Of a stretch of DNA of 64,000 nt, positions 13,707 through 25,705 are shown in pieces; the first letter of the stretch is position 1, and every line of letters begins with the position of its first letter. The translations under genes and the position numbers were made by a program. The DNA is from Felis catus (taxonomy: Eukaryota): the NCBI RefSeq assembly GCF_018350175.1, contig NC_058368.1, forward strand, positions 152,336,001 through 152,400,000. The letters are read 5' to 3'. The notes under the pieces are model-generated. The model was not told the origin of the DNA and did no database searches. It worked only from the letters and a program-made list of their open reading frames with translations.

Positions 13707-14438
13707 TGTGTTGACCAGGGTTCAGTAGTGAAACAGAAACCACACCAGAAATATGAACAGAGAAAATATTACATAAAAATGATTAACTTGCATCAGAAGA
13801 TTAACTACCAAAGGGTAAGAGAATAGTAAAGAACATGAGAAGAGCAGGTAAAGGAAGCAGCCACTACTTCTAGGGATAAGATGAACTATTCAGAGAAAAA
13901 ATAAATCTGGGAGAGGGCACTCCCCCCATGGTTAAGAGTTGAGCCTCATTAGGGAGGGTATGGCCGTGGCCTTTGGATAGCTGAGGAGTTAGCTCCACTG
14001 CCAATGATCAGGGCTGGTCCACAAGAAATTGTCTGGTGGGTTGCCAAAGAGAAAGCTATCCCCTGGAACATAAGGAAGACTCTGGGAAGCTGCCCTCAAC
14101 ACTCTGGTGAGACCCTTCAGGGAGCCCCCACTATTGCTGGAAACTAGCCAAAAAGCCACCCTTTGGAGTATTGGTGAAACTCGTTGAGAAACCACCCCTG
14201 GGTGTCGGCAAAACTACCAGGACAGCGCTCACTACTGGGAGCAAGAACAAACAAATACACCAACAAGATGAAGAGAAACCTCCCTCCCGCATTGTCCTCC
14301 CAGCTCTTTCTACCAACAGAGATAACACTGTGCCAGCTGGCTAAGGAAAACTGTTTACAGGTTCTAGCTCCAGTAGCACAAAGCAGGGCAAAGAAGGATG
14401 GATTGGGAACAGAGGAGCAATAAGTAACAATGAGCACA
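13707..14438 (-). mobile_element. ERVL solo LTR (LTR41/LTR52-like)
   Basis: Minus strand starts TGTGCTCATTGTTACTTATTGCTCC...GGAGCTAGAACCTGTAAACAGTTTTCCTTAGCCAGCTGGCAC and ends GTTTCTGTTTCACTACTGAACCCTGGTCAACACA. Confidence 0.7.
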
Positions 14439-14989
14439 CAAGGCAGACAGCTTTCTGCCAATGATGGGCAAAACATGATCCTTCCCTCTGGCCGTTTACC
14501 AAAGTAGCTGGGACAGGAGAGCTCAGCCTGAGCAGCAGTTTCATACCAGTACATGCCCAACCCACGTCCCACTCACCTGCTGTTCTTTCCTTTGATCTTC
14601 CCTGTCTCCCCAGCTCACAATAGCACCTGAGGCTTCCTTGCTCTCTGACTTACATCTTCCAATCATCAGCTCCTCGTATCCATGACTGCATGTGAGGAGT
14701 GCTCTTGTGGCTCGGTTTTGATCACAAGATCCCACACAGGCCACACCAGCTAATGAGCTTCTGCTCTAGGGAGAGGCAGCCAGCACTGCCCTTTCTCTCA
14801 CACTCTCATTCAGAAACAGCTCTTCCGTGTAAGGGGCTAACCAAATTCTTTAAGTCCAAAGTGAGTAGGTGATCATGTCACATCAACTTCTTTCTCACTC
14901 AATAAAGCCATCATAATTACTATTAAACTTTGGACTGGTAACCTCTATTAATCAAAATACTATCGAAGTCTTATTACCAAAAACATTCA

Positions 14990-15125
14990 TTTGGGAGTCA
15001 GACAAACCAGTTTTCAAAATTTGGCTGTGCCATTTGCGAGTCATGTGCTCCTAATCAAAATTTTACAATTTTTAACCTTATTCTTTTCTGTAAAATAGAG
15101 ATAAGGTTTGCTTTCCAAGTTATTT
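14990..15125 (+). mobile_element. MIR fragment
   Basis: ggagtcagacaaacc...tgccattt...ttctgtaaaatagagataa. Confidence 0.6.
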
Positions 15126-15154
15126 TGAAATTTTTTAAAAAAGGAAGCAAGAAG

Positions 15155-15215
15155 CATTCATTCATCCAACAAATATTTGTTGAACATCTACTATGTGCCA
15201 GAAATTTTGCTTAAA
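15155..15215 (-). mobile_element. L2 3' tail
   Basis: cattcattcatccaacaaatatttgttgaacatctactatgtgccag is the canonical L2 end. Confidence 0.8.
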
Positions 15216-15242
15216 ACTAAGAGAAAAGGTAATGTATGTAAA

Positions 15243-15456
15243 ATTTTTTAATGTTTATTTTTGAGAGAGACAGACAGAGACAGAGAGTGGGGGTGAGGGG
15301 TGGTCAGAGAGAGAGAGGGATACACAGAATCTGAAGCAGTCTCCAGGCTCTGAGCTTTCAGCACAGGGCCTGACACAGGGCTCGAACTCATGGAATACAA
15401 GGTCATGACCTGAGCTGAAGTCAGTGGCTCAACCGACTGAGCCACACAGGTGCCCC
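15243..15456 (-). mobile_element. CanSINE
   Basis: Full element; 19-bp TSD aaaaggtaatgtatgtaaa (15224-15242, 15459-15477). Confidence 0.96.
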
Positions 15457-15837
15457 AAAAAAGGTAATGTATGTAAACATCTGGCTCATGGTAGAAGCTT
15501 AATACAAAACAATTTCTTTTGCTTTACTTTCCCCTTATGCCTGTGAACATCGTCCATAGTAAGTGAGCAGCACAATTTAGTTATCATTATTCCTCTTATT
15601 CGTGTTTCTTTGTTTCATAGGAAGCACAATAGAAAAATCTTTATAGATTACAATCATATACTAACAGTATTAGGGCTATTGTCTATGAGAATAGTCAGGT
15701 TGACTGCTATTTGTGATGAAGATCATTGTTAGTGATCATATATGCTCTCTATTGCATCCATTATAAATAATAGTACACATGTCAAATACTTTTGACGTTC
15801 GTATTATTTAAAAGACTTTTGTAAGCATAAAACATTA

Positions 15838-15940
15838 ACATTTTACATATGGGGATGGAGAGTTTAAATCATTTGCCCAAGGTCGCTCAGTATATCAGTG
15901 ACATACTTACTAGCTAAACCCCAGGTTTCTGGTGTCCTGG
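15838..15940 (-). mobile_element. MIR fragment
   Basis: cattttacatatgggga...atttgcccaaggtc...aaaccccaggtttctg. Confidence 0.65.
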
Positions 15941-17043
15941 TCCTCCTTCCTCTTCCCTCTCCTTGAGAAAACACTCAGCTACAGGGATGCCTACTTGCCT
16001 TTCACTCTTCTCTTAAGAAAGTACACTGAGAAAAAAAGTACTTGCATTTCACCCAAATCAAATTAATCAGAAAATAAAATTAAAGTACATTTATTTAGCA
16101 GAAAGCTACTCTTTCCATTAATGAGAATTTTATTAAATATAATAAAATATTTCAGGCAGTTCCTTTCTTTCTGGTGTTTTTTTTTTCCACTTCCTTTCTC
16201 AGATTTATTGAAAAGCATTTTTATTAGTGCAATAATAGGCTCCAGGACATGCAATTATATTGAGATGCTGACACTTTCCTGTTAGTTGCAGCCTTTGGCC
16301 TGAGGCCAAACACTGAACCCAAGCACATGAGTTTCTGTGCAAGCAGTCCTGGCATGTCACTCGTGTGCCTATGTCCTTAAAGCAACCTCCAATTTTCACC
16401 CACGATAAGGAGAATTAACTAATTTTTCCTTCCCATTACAATTAATCCAAATGGATACTCCCATCTCTCTTATTATAGGGAAAGCCAAAAATTCCTTCTG
16501 AAATTTTTGGAGAATGCATTTAAGATCTGATTAGAAGCTTTTGACTTCAGTTCATATGGGGAAATGCCATAAAGGGTTTCATTATTTTATGAGTCATTTA
16601 CAAACATGAAATGCAAAAGCTTATGCCTTTGTCATGAGGGTTCTTTATAGCCTTCACTTCTGTACATTTTTTTATTGCAAATCCTCCTCCTTCTAAGCTC
16701 TAAACCAGAGCATCTCAGAGTAAAAGTGTAGATATTGACTATAAATAAAATACATACCCAAACCTCTGGAACTTTTTTTTTAATTTCTCAGGCAAGAATA
16801 AACTATCCCTTAAAAAGAATGAAGAAACAACCAGCGGGTGCTTCTGAATCCACTCCCACTTTTTGTTTAAAGACATGAAGTCCCAAACTTAAAGAAGTAA
16901 AAGTCTCTTATCTTTGCTAGATTCTGTACCATAGACCTTCACCACATATTCCAACCTCCTTCTCAGAAACACTGTATGTGTTGTTAGAAAATCCACATAC
17001 AAACCTTAAAAACTGCTTTTCAGTTAGATGTGAAGAATGAGAA

Positions 17044-17080
17044 TGCGTGTATACACACACGCACACGCACACACACACAC
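17044..17080. repeat. (CA)n-type alternating purine-pyrimidine tract
   Basis: tgcgtgtatacacacacgcacacgcacacacacacac. Confidence 0.95.
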
Positions 17081-17781
17081 CATTAGACGATGCCCTCTAA
17101 ACATGTCTCTGGCCGGAATGAGAACAAAAGCAAAGAGCAAAGTTGGTTCCTGCTTTCCCTAGCCTTGCCCAGCAATGCACTGATGACCATCAACCCCCAC
17201 AGGTCATATGACTATTCCAGCAAAGTCTCGTGTTGTTTTGGATGTCACTTCCTCAGCCAGGAGGTACTAGAAACACCAGTTTTTCTGACCTAAATTTGGT
17301 ATGAGGGGCTCCTAGGAAAGGTCCCAAACACCTGTGTCTCCTTAAACTACAGTCCTCCAGTGCTGGACATATTTCTCTCTCTCTAATGACTATGCTTGGC
17401 TTCCTGGAGCCATTTCAACCCCATTGGATTAGGACTCTGTCTGCAGTGTAGCTCAACTCAGTCTCCCTTCCTGAGTCCTGGCCAGACTCCTGCTTTCAAC
17501 TGGCCAGTCCTCTTTGGAAGCAGATCACCCAACTTGGTGATAAAAATTATTGTGAGCACTTTGAAATACTGTTGCCAACCCAGATCAGGCCAAGTGGGCT
17601 CAGTCCCTTGGACACTGAACTCCTGCAAACCTTCCTTTAGGTTGGTTCTACAGCCAGGTAGAAGGCAAATGAAACCCCAGTCCTACCCAACCACCACCCC
17701 TGACACTGCCCTCCAGAGATCCACGTGACTCTTAGCCTCAGAGGTTCAAGTGGTGCAAAAGTCAGAAATGACCATTGTCCA

Positions 17782-17852
17782 GGGGCACCTGCACAGCTCA
17801 GTCAGTTAAGCATTTGACTTCGGCTCAGGTCATGATCTAATGGTTCATGAGT
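17782..17852 (+). mobile_element. CanSINE 5' head only (3'-truncated)
   Basis: ggggcacctg...ctcagtcagttaagc...ggtcatgatc...catgagt, then unrelated sequence. Confidence 0.85.
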
Positions 17853-18204
17853 ATTGAATTGGGCAGGATTTTCATTCGTCCAGTACATAAAATGTGACCA
17901 AGGTATGTTCCTCAACCATTATATGATGTTACAATGTTGTTTTAGAAACAGGTTCCCTGCAATATTTTATATAAGCAGATTCCAATGAAATAAGCATTTC
18001 AAATAGAGTAATTCTCAATTTGTATGGCCTTAATGATTCTCTGGGTATAGCTTCAAAGTTAATACTGTTACTGATATGAATGGCAATTATTATCCACACA
18101 TTTATTCATATATTAATTTAGAAGAGAATTTATTAGTTAAACTTACATTTAGTCTCTGTCCATGTCGTTTTAAGGCTCTGAGTACAAACAGAGAAGTAAT
18201 TTCA

Positions 18205-18278
18205 GGGGCGCCTGGGTGGCTCAGCCAGTTAAGCATCTGACTTTGGCTCAGGTCATGGTCTCACAGTCTGTGAGTTCA
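18205..18278 (+). mobile_element. CanSINE 5' head only (3'-truncated)
   Basis: ggggcgcctgggtggctcagccagttaagc...tgtgagttca, then unrelated sequence. Confidence 0.88.
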
Positions 18279-18498
18279 CATAATTCACATGTTACAAAGG
18301 ATGGGAGTATCACCATTTACAACTTAGGTGTCAACTCCAGGCAGAAACAAAAAAAATATAGTTTCAATACTTGGTCTACTTGACCCACCAGGTTTGATTT
18401 GTGGGATTATTAGAATTTTTTTTAATTGAGAAGAGTTGTTGTTTCAAATTTTGAATACAAAGTGAGACTTTATTGATATTTTAAACAATCCCAAAATT

Positions 18499-18715
18499 GG
18501 GGCGCCTGGGTGGCGCAGTCGGTTAAGCGTCCGACTTCAGCCAGGTCACGATCTCGCGGTCCGGGAGTTCGAGCCCCGCGTCAGGCTCTGGGCTGATGGC
18601 TCAGAGCCTGGAGCCTGTTTCCGATTCTGTGTCTCCCTCTTTCTCTGCCCCTCCCCCGTTCATGCTCTGTCTCTCTCTGTCCCAAAAATAAATAAACGTT
18701 GAAAAAAAAAATTTT
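18499..18715 (+). mobile_element. Young full-length CanSINE (SINEC_Fc type)
   Basis: CpG-intact; flanking duplication attttaaacaatcccaaaat (18478-18497, 18711-18730) containing a TTTT/AAA L1-endonuclease-type site. Confidence 0.98.
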
Positions 18716-21665
18716 AAACAATCCCAAAATGAACAAATAAGGCTCAAAGCTAAAAAAAAAAGGGGGGGGGGGGAGGGGGGCTGGAGGAGAGGCTTAATAC
18801 CTCCAAATTTTAAAGAGATTTACCAATAATTAGAGACAGACACCCTCCACAAGGTTTACTAAGAGTCAGCTGAGAGGAGTCTACCCAATTAACTATTGAC
18901 AACCTACCCCACCATTACCATAGATATTAGCCATGGCCAGAAAAAAGGAGCAAGAAAGAGTCACTGGAATCATCAGCTTTATGGGAAATTCAGAGTTCAT
19001 GGTGAGAAAAGGTTCTCTTGGCTCTTCACAGGGAAAGGAAAGGGGTGCCTTCTCCCTACCAGACGAATGAGGAAGGATCCAGGAGAATAACTTATGAAGT
19101 CCAGAGGAAGCCAAATGGAGGAGACTGGTGTTCCGCTCTCAGTATGATAGTTTTTGAGGCAGCAGACTTACTCATCTGCCTCAGTGCCTGTTTCAAGAAA
19201 GAAAAAGAGAACTGGGGATGTGGACAGTAGGGTGAGAACAGCGGGCAGGTTCACACCAGTTTTCCATGATTCAAATAAACAGGGCAGAGAGTAGTTGGCC
19301 TGAGCTCTCTAACCTGAATTCCACCCAAGAGGGAGACCACAAACATGAACCCACACAGCACGGAAGACAGAGTGAGGTAGCCCACACACTAGCCTCCAGG
19401 TCTTTGAAGAACTTGCACACATGCCCTCAGAGAAGCCAGACTGCACATACCTGCCATGCTGGTGTCACTAAAATGTACGCCAGGGAAGCAATGATAACTA
19501 AGTGTAAACTGACTAAGGGAAACATCCCCTCTTCTCTCCCTCCTACAAGGCCAGAGGATCTAGACCCAGAGTAGGGAGGAAGACAAGACATTCAAGACAA
19601 GACACACAGTGTGAAACCGTCCCTCCCAACCCACTAAAATAAGAAGGATGAAAGAAGAGACCTCATTCACTTCCTCCCTTCTGGCCAACTCTACTCTGGA
19701 AGTAGGGATGGTTATCCAAGTTAAATCAGTCAACGAACTAAAGATTTCCACTGAACTAGACTGAATCAACCCAGAAAGTTACCCAATTTGCAGAGAATGT
19801 GTCTATGGGCTCCACAACCCAGAAACATTCATAACAGTTCACTTGAAGGCAGATATTAAAATATTAATAATCCACTCTGTTGAAACTCTTCAATAAACCA
19901 AATATATTTTTATAAACCCCAAACATGAATTTATATAATCTAGATATGTATTAAATTACTACTCTGTACTCTACTTTTGAAAAGTATGGTGTTTTGGAAC
20001 TTGGAAGTGTGGGTGTAACAGTGGCTACCAAGATGTCTTAAGAGGAAATATTAATGAATCTAGCCCAGATGGGTAGACAGGAATCTGCATCTAAGCCAGA
20101 TGGTAACCTAGGCTCAGCCTATACCCAGAAAATCTAGCTGTACTGGTCTTAGTCACTTAAAGTACAAATGCTCAATGTCGTTAACCAGTAAAATGATTTA
20201 CTTAATATTCTTGATATACTGTGCTTACCAATAGCGCAAAACTGATAAAATCTGCCTTTGCTACAACCAGGAGGTACTGGTCCAAAATTTTCCTTTTGTA
20301 AATTATAAGCCAATGCCCCATTCATAATTCAGCCATGAGTCAGTTTTTAAATGAACAGAGATACAAATGCAATCACTGTCAAGCACAAACATGATCACTT
20401 TGGTTGTATAAACCTAGGCACCTAGATTTACATCCAATTTGTTTGGCTTTGGAAAGGACAGACATGCAAGCTTAATACTAATGGTGAACAAGTAGATATT
20501 TTGATTGACTTTTCTGTGCTTTTGAATATCAAGGAGCCCATTTATTTAAAAGTACAGCCCTTTGTTTTCTCATGTTAATAGCAGACAGTTGTAGCATGAA
20601 CACAGTTCATCAAAGCCTTTTGTTGCCAGGAGTCACATTAAAACAAGAGTGTCAAGCAGCAAACAGATCCAAATTACACAAGGTGTTTTTGACCTTGGCT
20701 TCTTTCTTGAGCAGAGACCAGCAATACATATGTAGGCTATCAGAGATTAGAATAAGCCTATATTCCAAGATGAAAACTGATATTCCAATCTTTTTAATTA
20801 TATTAATTCCTGAAATCAAAATGCAAATACCCACACTATGCCTGTATCTATGATAGTTGGAAGTATATTTAGTATACTAGTAATAATTAATAAAAAGTAA
20901 GAACTCATAAATATGAATGTATATAATAAAAACATAAGCTATAAGTCAATATCAATTATACTGGAATACAGGCTTTGTGATATAACTATGATCTTTTTTC
21001 TTACTTCATTCAAATAATTTATGCTTCTGCCCTATAAATTTATAATTTAGCTTCATATAAGCAACCAATTAATTTCTTTTATTTTGTTTGGACTTCTAAA
21101 GTCTTTGTGTACATGAAAAACAAATTTGATGTAAGCAATTTAACTCTTTTTTTCCCCAAAATAACAAAAGCATTTTTTACCTACAGAGTGCCAAGAGATT
21201 TCTCCTTATAGAGTTAACTCATCCTATGCAACTGCTCCCATCAACTTTGTAGCCAGTGACAATGTGACTATCTAAGTATTCTAATGATTCGTGATGGGAA
21301 CCAAATTTAGCTACAGTTCAGCTTTTCACTGTTCTGACACTTTATTTTGAATCAAAAATAAAAGTACAATCTGTTTTTCTGACCTGAGCAGACACAAATA
21401 ATTTATAAAGTTTAAAAAGCTAATTTTAATATTAAAAATAAATATATATACATGTATATTTATTCCTTATGTACATTCAGGTTGTCCTAAAAATAAGATG
21501 GAAAACAATCTGCAAGAATCATTTCTTCTGTCTGCAAGCTTATAAATTACACTAAACTCATGAGAAAGTTAAATCTCAAAAGGTCTCCAGTTTAACATTT
21601 AGGCAAAAAGTAAGTAAAAGCTCCACATTCTTTACTACTTAACTCAAAATTCCTTTATACATTGC

Positions 21666-21750
21666 AGGAAGGAAGGAAGCAAGAAAGGAAGGAAGGAAGC
21701 AAGAAAGGAAGGAAGGAAGGGAGGAAGGGAGGAAGGAAGAAGGAAGGGGA
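21666..21750. repeat. (GGAA)n compound polypurine microsatellite
   Basis: ggaaggaaggaagcaagaaaggaa... tract. Confidence 0.95.
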
Positions 21751-21894
21751 CAAAAATCTCATCTACAAAAGCTAGCACACATTACTAAGCTATTTAGGTA
21801 GTGCAGTACTTCTGAAAGTAAATAGATATTGTAGAAAAAGAGGAACAGCTAGTGTTCAAAAATTGGAGTCATTATAAAGGAGTTTACTTTCTTT

Positions 21895-22250
21895 ACCAAT
21901 AAACATTTACAAAGTATCTTCAGTGTGCCAGACACTGTTCTAGAAGCTGGTGAAACAGCAATGAACCACATAAATAAAATTTCTCTCATAATAGAGCTTG
22001 TATCCTAGTGGGGAAGCAGATTATTAACTATATAACCGATATAAAATGCAATGGTAGGCAGTAATAAGAGCTATGAAAAAAAGAAAAAGCAAGGTGTAGG
22101 ATAGATGTGGGTAGGGAGACTTTTGTGAATCAGTTGGTCAGGGAAGGCTTCTCAGAAGAAGTGACCTATCTGCAAAGACCTGAGGGATGGAAAGAGAGCC
22201 AAGGAAGAGTCTAGGGGAAGATCATTCCAGGAAGGGGAAAGAAGAAAACC
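21895..22250 (-). mobile_element. L2 3' region
   Basis: aaacattta...tgtgccagacactgttctag...gagcttgtatcctagtgggga...ggtcagggaaggcttctc. Confidence 0.85.
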
Positions 22251-22670
22251 AAGGTAGGGATTTTCTCCTGATTACTCACAACTGATTCACATGCCAGCCT
22301 TTTCTAACTCATACCAATGCACTCAATTTTTATCAGCTTTTTGATGATAATTTCTTAGTGAAGAATGACTATGTTTTCAGTGCATTAAAGTCTATATCAT
22401 ATAAATGTGCCCTCTCTTTAAGAATGTTTATTAGGACTGGAAAGGATCTTGGAGACAAAGTAGTTCATAGTTTCCACATCTGTAATACGAGAATAAGTCC
22501 CAGAAAAACTCTATGATCTGCCTACTGTCACATAACTAGTTAATAGTAGAACAGGATTAAGTATAAATCTTAGCCTGATACTTTTCACAATCTATCTTGC
22601 CTTGTGGTTATTTGTATTCATCTCATTTCCTCAACTAGACTCTGAGTTTCCTAGGAATAAAGAAGAAAAA

Positions 22671-22710
22671 GTGTGTGTGTGTGTGTGTGTATGTGTGTGT
22701 GTGTGTGTGT
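22671..22710. repeat. (GT)n microsatellite
   Basis: 20 dinucleotide units with one AT interruption. Confidence 0.97.
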
Positions 22711-24359
22711 GGTCTAGTAGGATGCCTTTCATAAAACTGGTGGTCAATTAATATTCCAAGAATGAACAAATATTCTTCTGAGTCAGCCATTTTTCAAAAT
22801 CTCAGATTTCTTCAAATCCTATACAATCTCTTTGGTAAAGCTATTTTGTCTCTTCTACTAGAATTCTTCAATAAATTGGTAGGGATCTACTTCACTTACT
22901 ATTCTATAAGTGCTGATAGGATTAAGGCATGGTTTCACCAAATGGTTCATGATCTAAATGAGAAACAAAGATAGAATATAAACAGAGAGGAATCCAGTAA
23001 CATGTTCATTTCATGCCTGGATAGTCCCGATGACTAATACGCAATTTTCACAGTAAACAGTTAAGGAAGAAACTTTATGTTTACTGTAGAGACCTGAGCA
23101 CATTGTAGGCATGAAATCATCAATACATCAATCATCATAACAGCTCAAATTTAGGCAATGTGCTCTCAATAAAACACATTGATCTCTGTTGATTAGTATA
23201 TATGCTATTAATAAACATTTTTTACTAACAATATTAGGCTTCCTCTATTGTATATGTGCACATATATACACATATATATATGTATATATGGGTTTATATG
23301 TAAACCCAAATAAAGGGCTACAAGGGCATTATCATTTGATCTATATAATTTGTCAATAATAACAAAATACATTGTCATACAGCATGGGAATTTGTAACTG
23401 GGGTAGTTGACAGTTCTTAAAGAAAGTAAATGCTTCTTAAATTTTTTCTTCCCTTACATAAACAATATGAAAAAGAATTAAATCCTTGCAGAAAGACAGC
23501 AATAAAAAAAATGACCTGGTTTCTGTGCCCAAGTTCCCAGTACTCTGCAGAGCACAAGTTAAAAGTCTCAGCTTTTCCACCGTGCAATTCAGAGAATGTG
23601 GTGGGAACAGAATTCGAAGGCAACTCAGCTGGAAAATATCTTAGATGAAATATTTTTGTCGAGCACTTTTCTCATGTGAATTTGCTTCTAGTTTGGTATA
23701 TACCAGTCATCAGAACACGGCAGTCATTTTACCTCATGTCTTGAGGATTTTTTTAATCAACAAACTGCTGTATAAGCCAGCAGAAGAAGAGCAAAAAACA
23801 AAGCAACCATGTTTAACAGGAGTTCTCTCTCTTATAAGGTCAACAGACAAGAGTCAAATTTTAATATCCTCAAAGGTCCTTTCCTATGATAAAATAGCAA
23901 CAAGGAAAACTCCTTAAGGCTTTCTGCCTAGTTGGCTTTCTTCTCAAAATCAGACTCATCGTTGTCCATAAGGATTCATTTCTATTTTTTAAAGATACAT
24001 GTCAAGTTTGATAGCTTTTTATTCAAAGTGAATAATAACAACCTAAGTATTAAAAGCAATGTTTTCCCCCCAGATGTGCTGATGTCTCAATAGGTTCTTT
24101 TTTATATAAAAGAAAACAAAGCACATACAACTGCTTATCAAATTAACAGAGTGTAGGACTGATGTCCTGGACATAACAGCAGCCTATCCAGTAGGTGTCA
24201 TCTGATCAAAAATATTTCATATATACAAAAAAAGAAAGTTAAGAGAACCATATGAAAATGTGATAGCCAGAAAAACAACCAATTTAAAAATTAACTCCTT
24301 AAATAAAACAAAATTAAATAAAAATTATCTTGAATCCATTAAAAGTTTACATTCCTGAG

Positions 24360-24472
24360 CAGTGATTCTCAATTGCTCTCAAATTTCATTGTTCTGGGAT
24401 AGGGGCCAGGGGTAAAGATTTCTTTTTTAACTCCATAGGTGATTCTAATGTGCAGACAGAGTTGGGAATCAA
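24360..24472. mobile_element. MER5-like MITE (internally deleted)
   Basis: cagtgattctcaa...taggtgattctaatgtgcag...gttgggaatca termini. Confidence 0.6.
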
Positions 24473-25229
24473 TATATTATATTAACAATAAAAAATAAAA
24501 TAGGAAATGAGATCTAACTCCAAATAATTTCTCAGATACAGCAATAAAGCAAAAAGGAAAATAAAAAGAGCCTTAAAAGTCTCACCCTGTTCACTCAAAT
24601 CATTTTTTTTTTTTTGTTTAACACTAATCACCAACTAATCAGATTCCAGTAAGGATGAATCTTCCAAAGTGCAGCCAATTCCTATGCCCTCCAGCCACAC
24701 CACAATCCCATAAACCCTCTTCCTCAGAGTACCACGGAACACGGTACTGTTCTATCTGTTGTTCTATCTAGACTGAATCTGGCTTCAAAATTGCCAAAGA
24801 TCACGCAGAACACAAAGGAGACAAGCATTCCATACTTATTTATTATGATGATGCTGGTACAGCCTTAGAAGCCCTTCCTAGAAAATAATCTACAAAAAGA
24901 GGATGTCATCTCTGCTGAAAATGTGTTACTTTTTTTTTTTTTTTGCAATTATTTGCGGTAATGAACTCCTTTGTTTTCCCAAATACCCAAGAATTTCTCA
25001 TTTTTTTAATAGTCACCAAGATTCTAAGATAAGTAGGAAACAATGAATTAAAGATGTAGCCATTAGACTTTCACTTCTTTTTTTCCACAGCTTTATTGAG
25101 GTATAATTGATGTAAAAACTATATATTTGATGTATACAATTTGATGAGTTTGGCCACAGTATACAACGATGCCATCACCACAATCAAGATAATAAACCTA
25201 TCCAGCACTTCCAAAAGTGTCTTGTGTCC

Positions 25230-25231
<2 letters not shown>

Positions 25232-25264
<33 letters not shown>

Positions 25265-25265
25265 T
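25232..25265. repeat. (TTG)n microsatellite
   Basis: About 10 TTG units inside the L1 3' UTR. Confidence 0.95.
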
Positions 25266-25705
25266 GGGGGGAGGGTTGTTTGTTTTGTGGTGAATCCACT
25301 TAAAATGAGATCTATTTTCTTAACAAATTTTTAAGCACACAATACCATATGTTTAACTATAGGCACTATGTTGAACAGCAGATCTCTAGAACACATTCCT
25401 CTTGTGTAACTGTAACTTTATATCCCTTGAACAAGAAGATGTGTGTTATATATATACACGCACACATACAATGGAAAACTACTCCGCGATGAAAAAGAAT
25501 GAAATCTTGCTATTTGCAACAATGTGGATGGAACTGGAGGGTATTATATTAAATGAAATAAGCCAGTCAGAAAAAAGACAGATATCACATGTCTCCACTC
25601 ATATGTGGAATTTGAGAAAATTAACAGAAGATCATAGGGGAAGGGAAGGAAAAATAGGTTACAAACAGAGAGGGAGGCAAACCATAAAAGATTCTTAAAT
25701 ATAGA

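Noticed and set aside
13989..14744. Cluster of overlapping ORFs up to 142 aa
   Set aside because: They lie largely in a GC-richer LTR, with no gag/pol/env similarity seen
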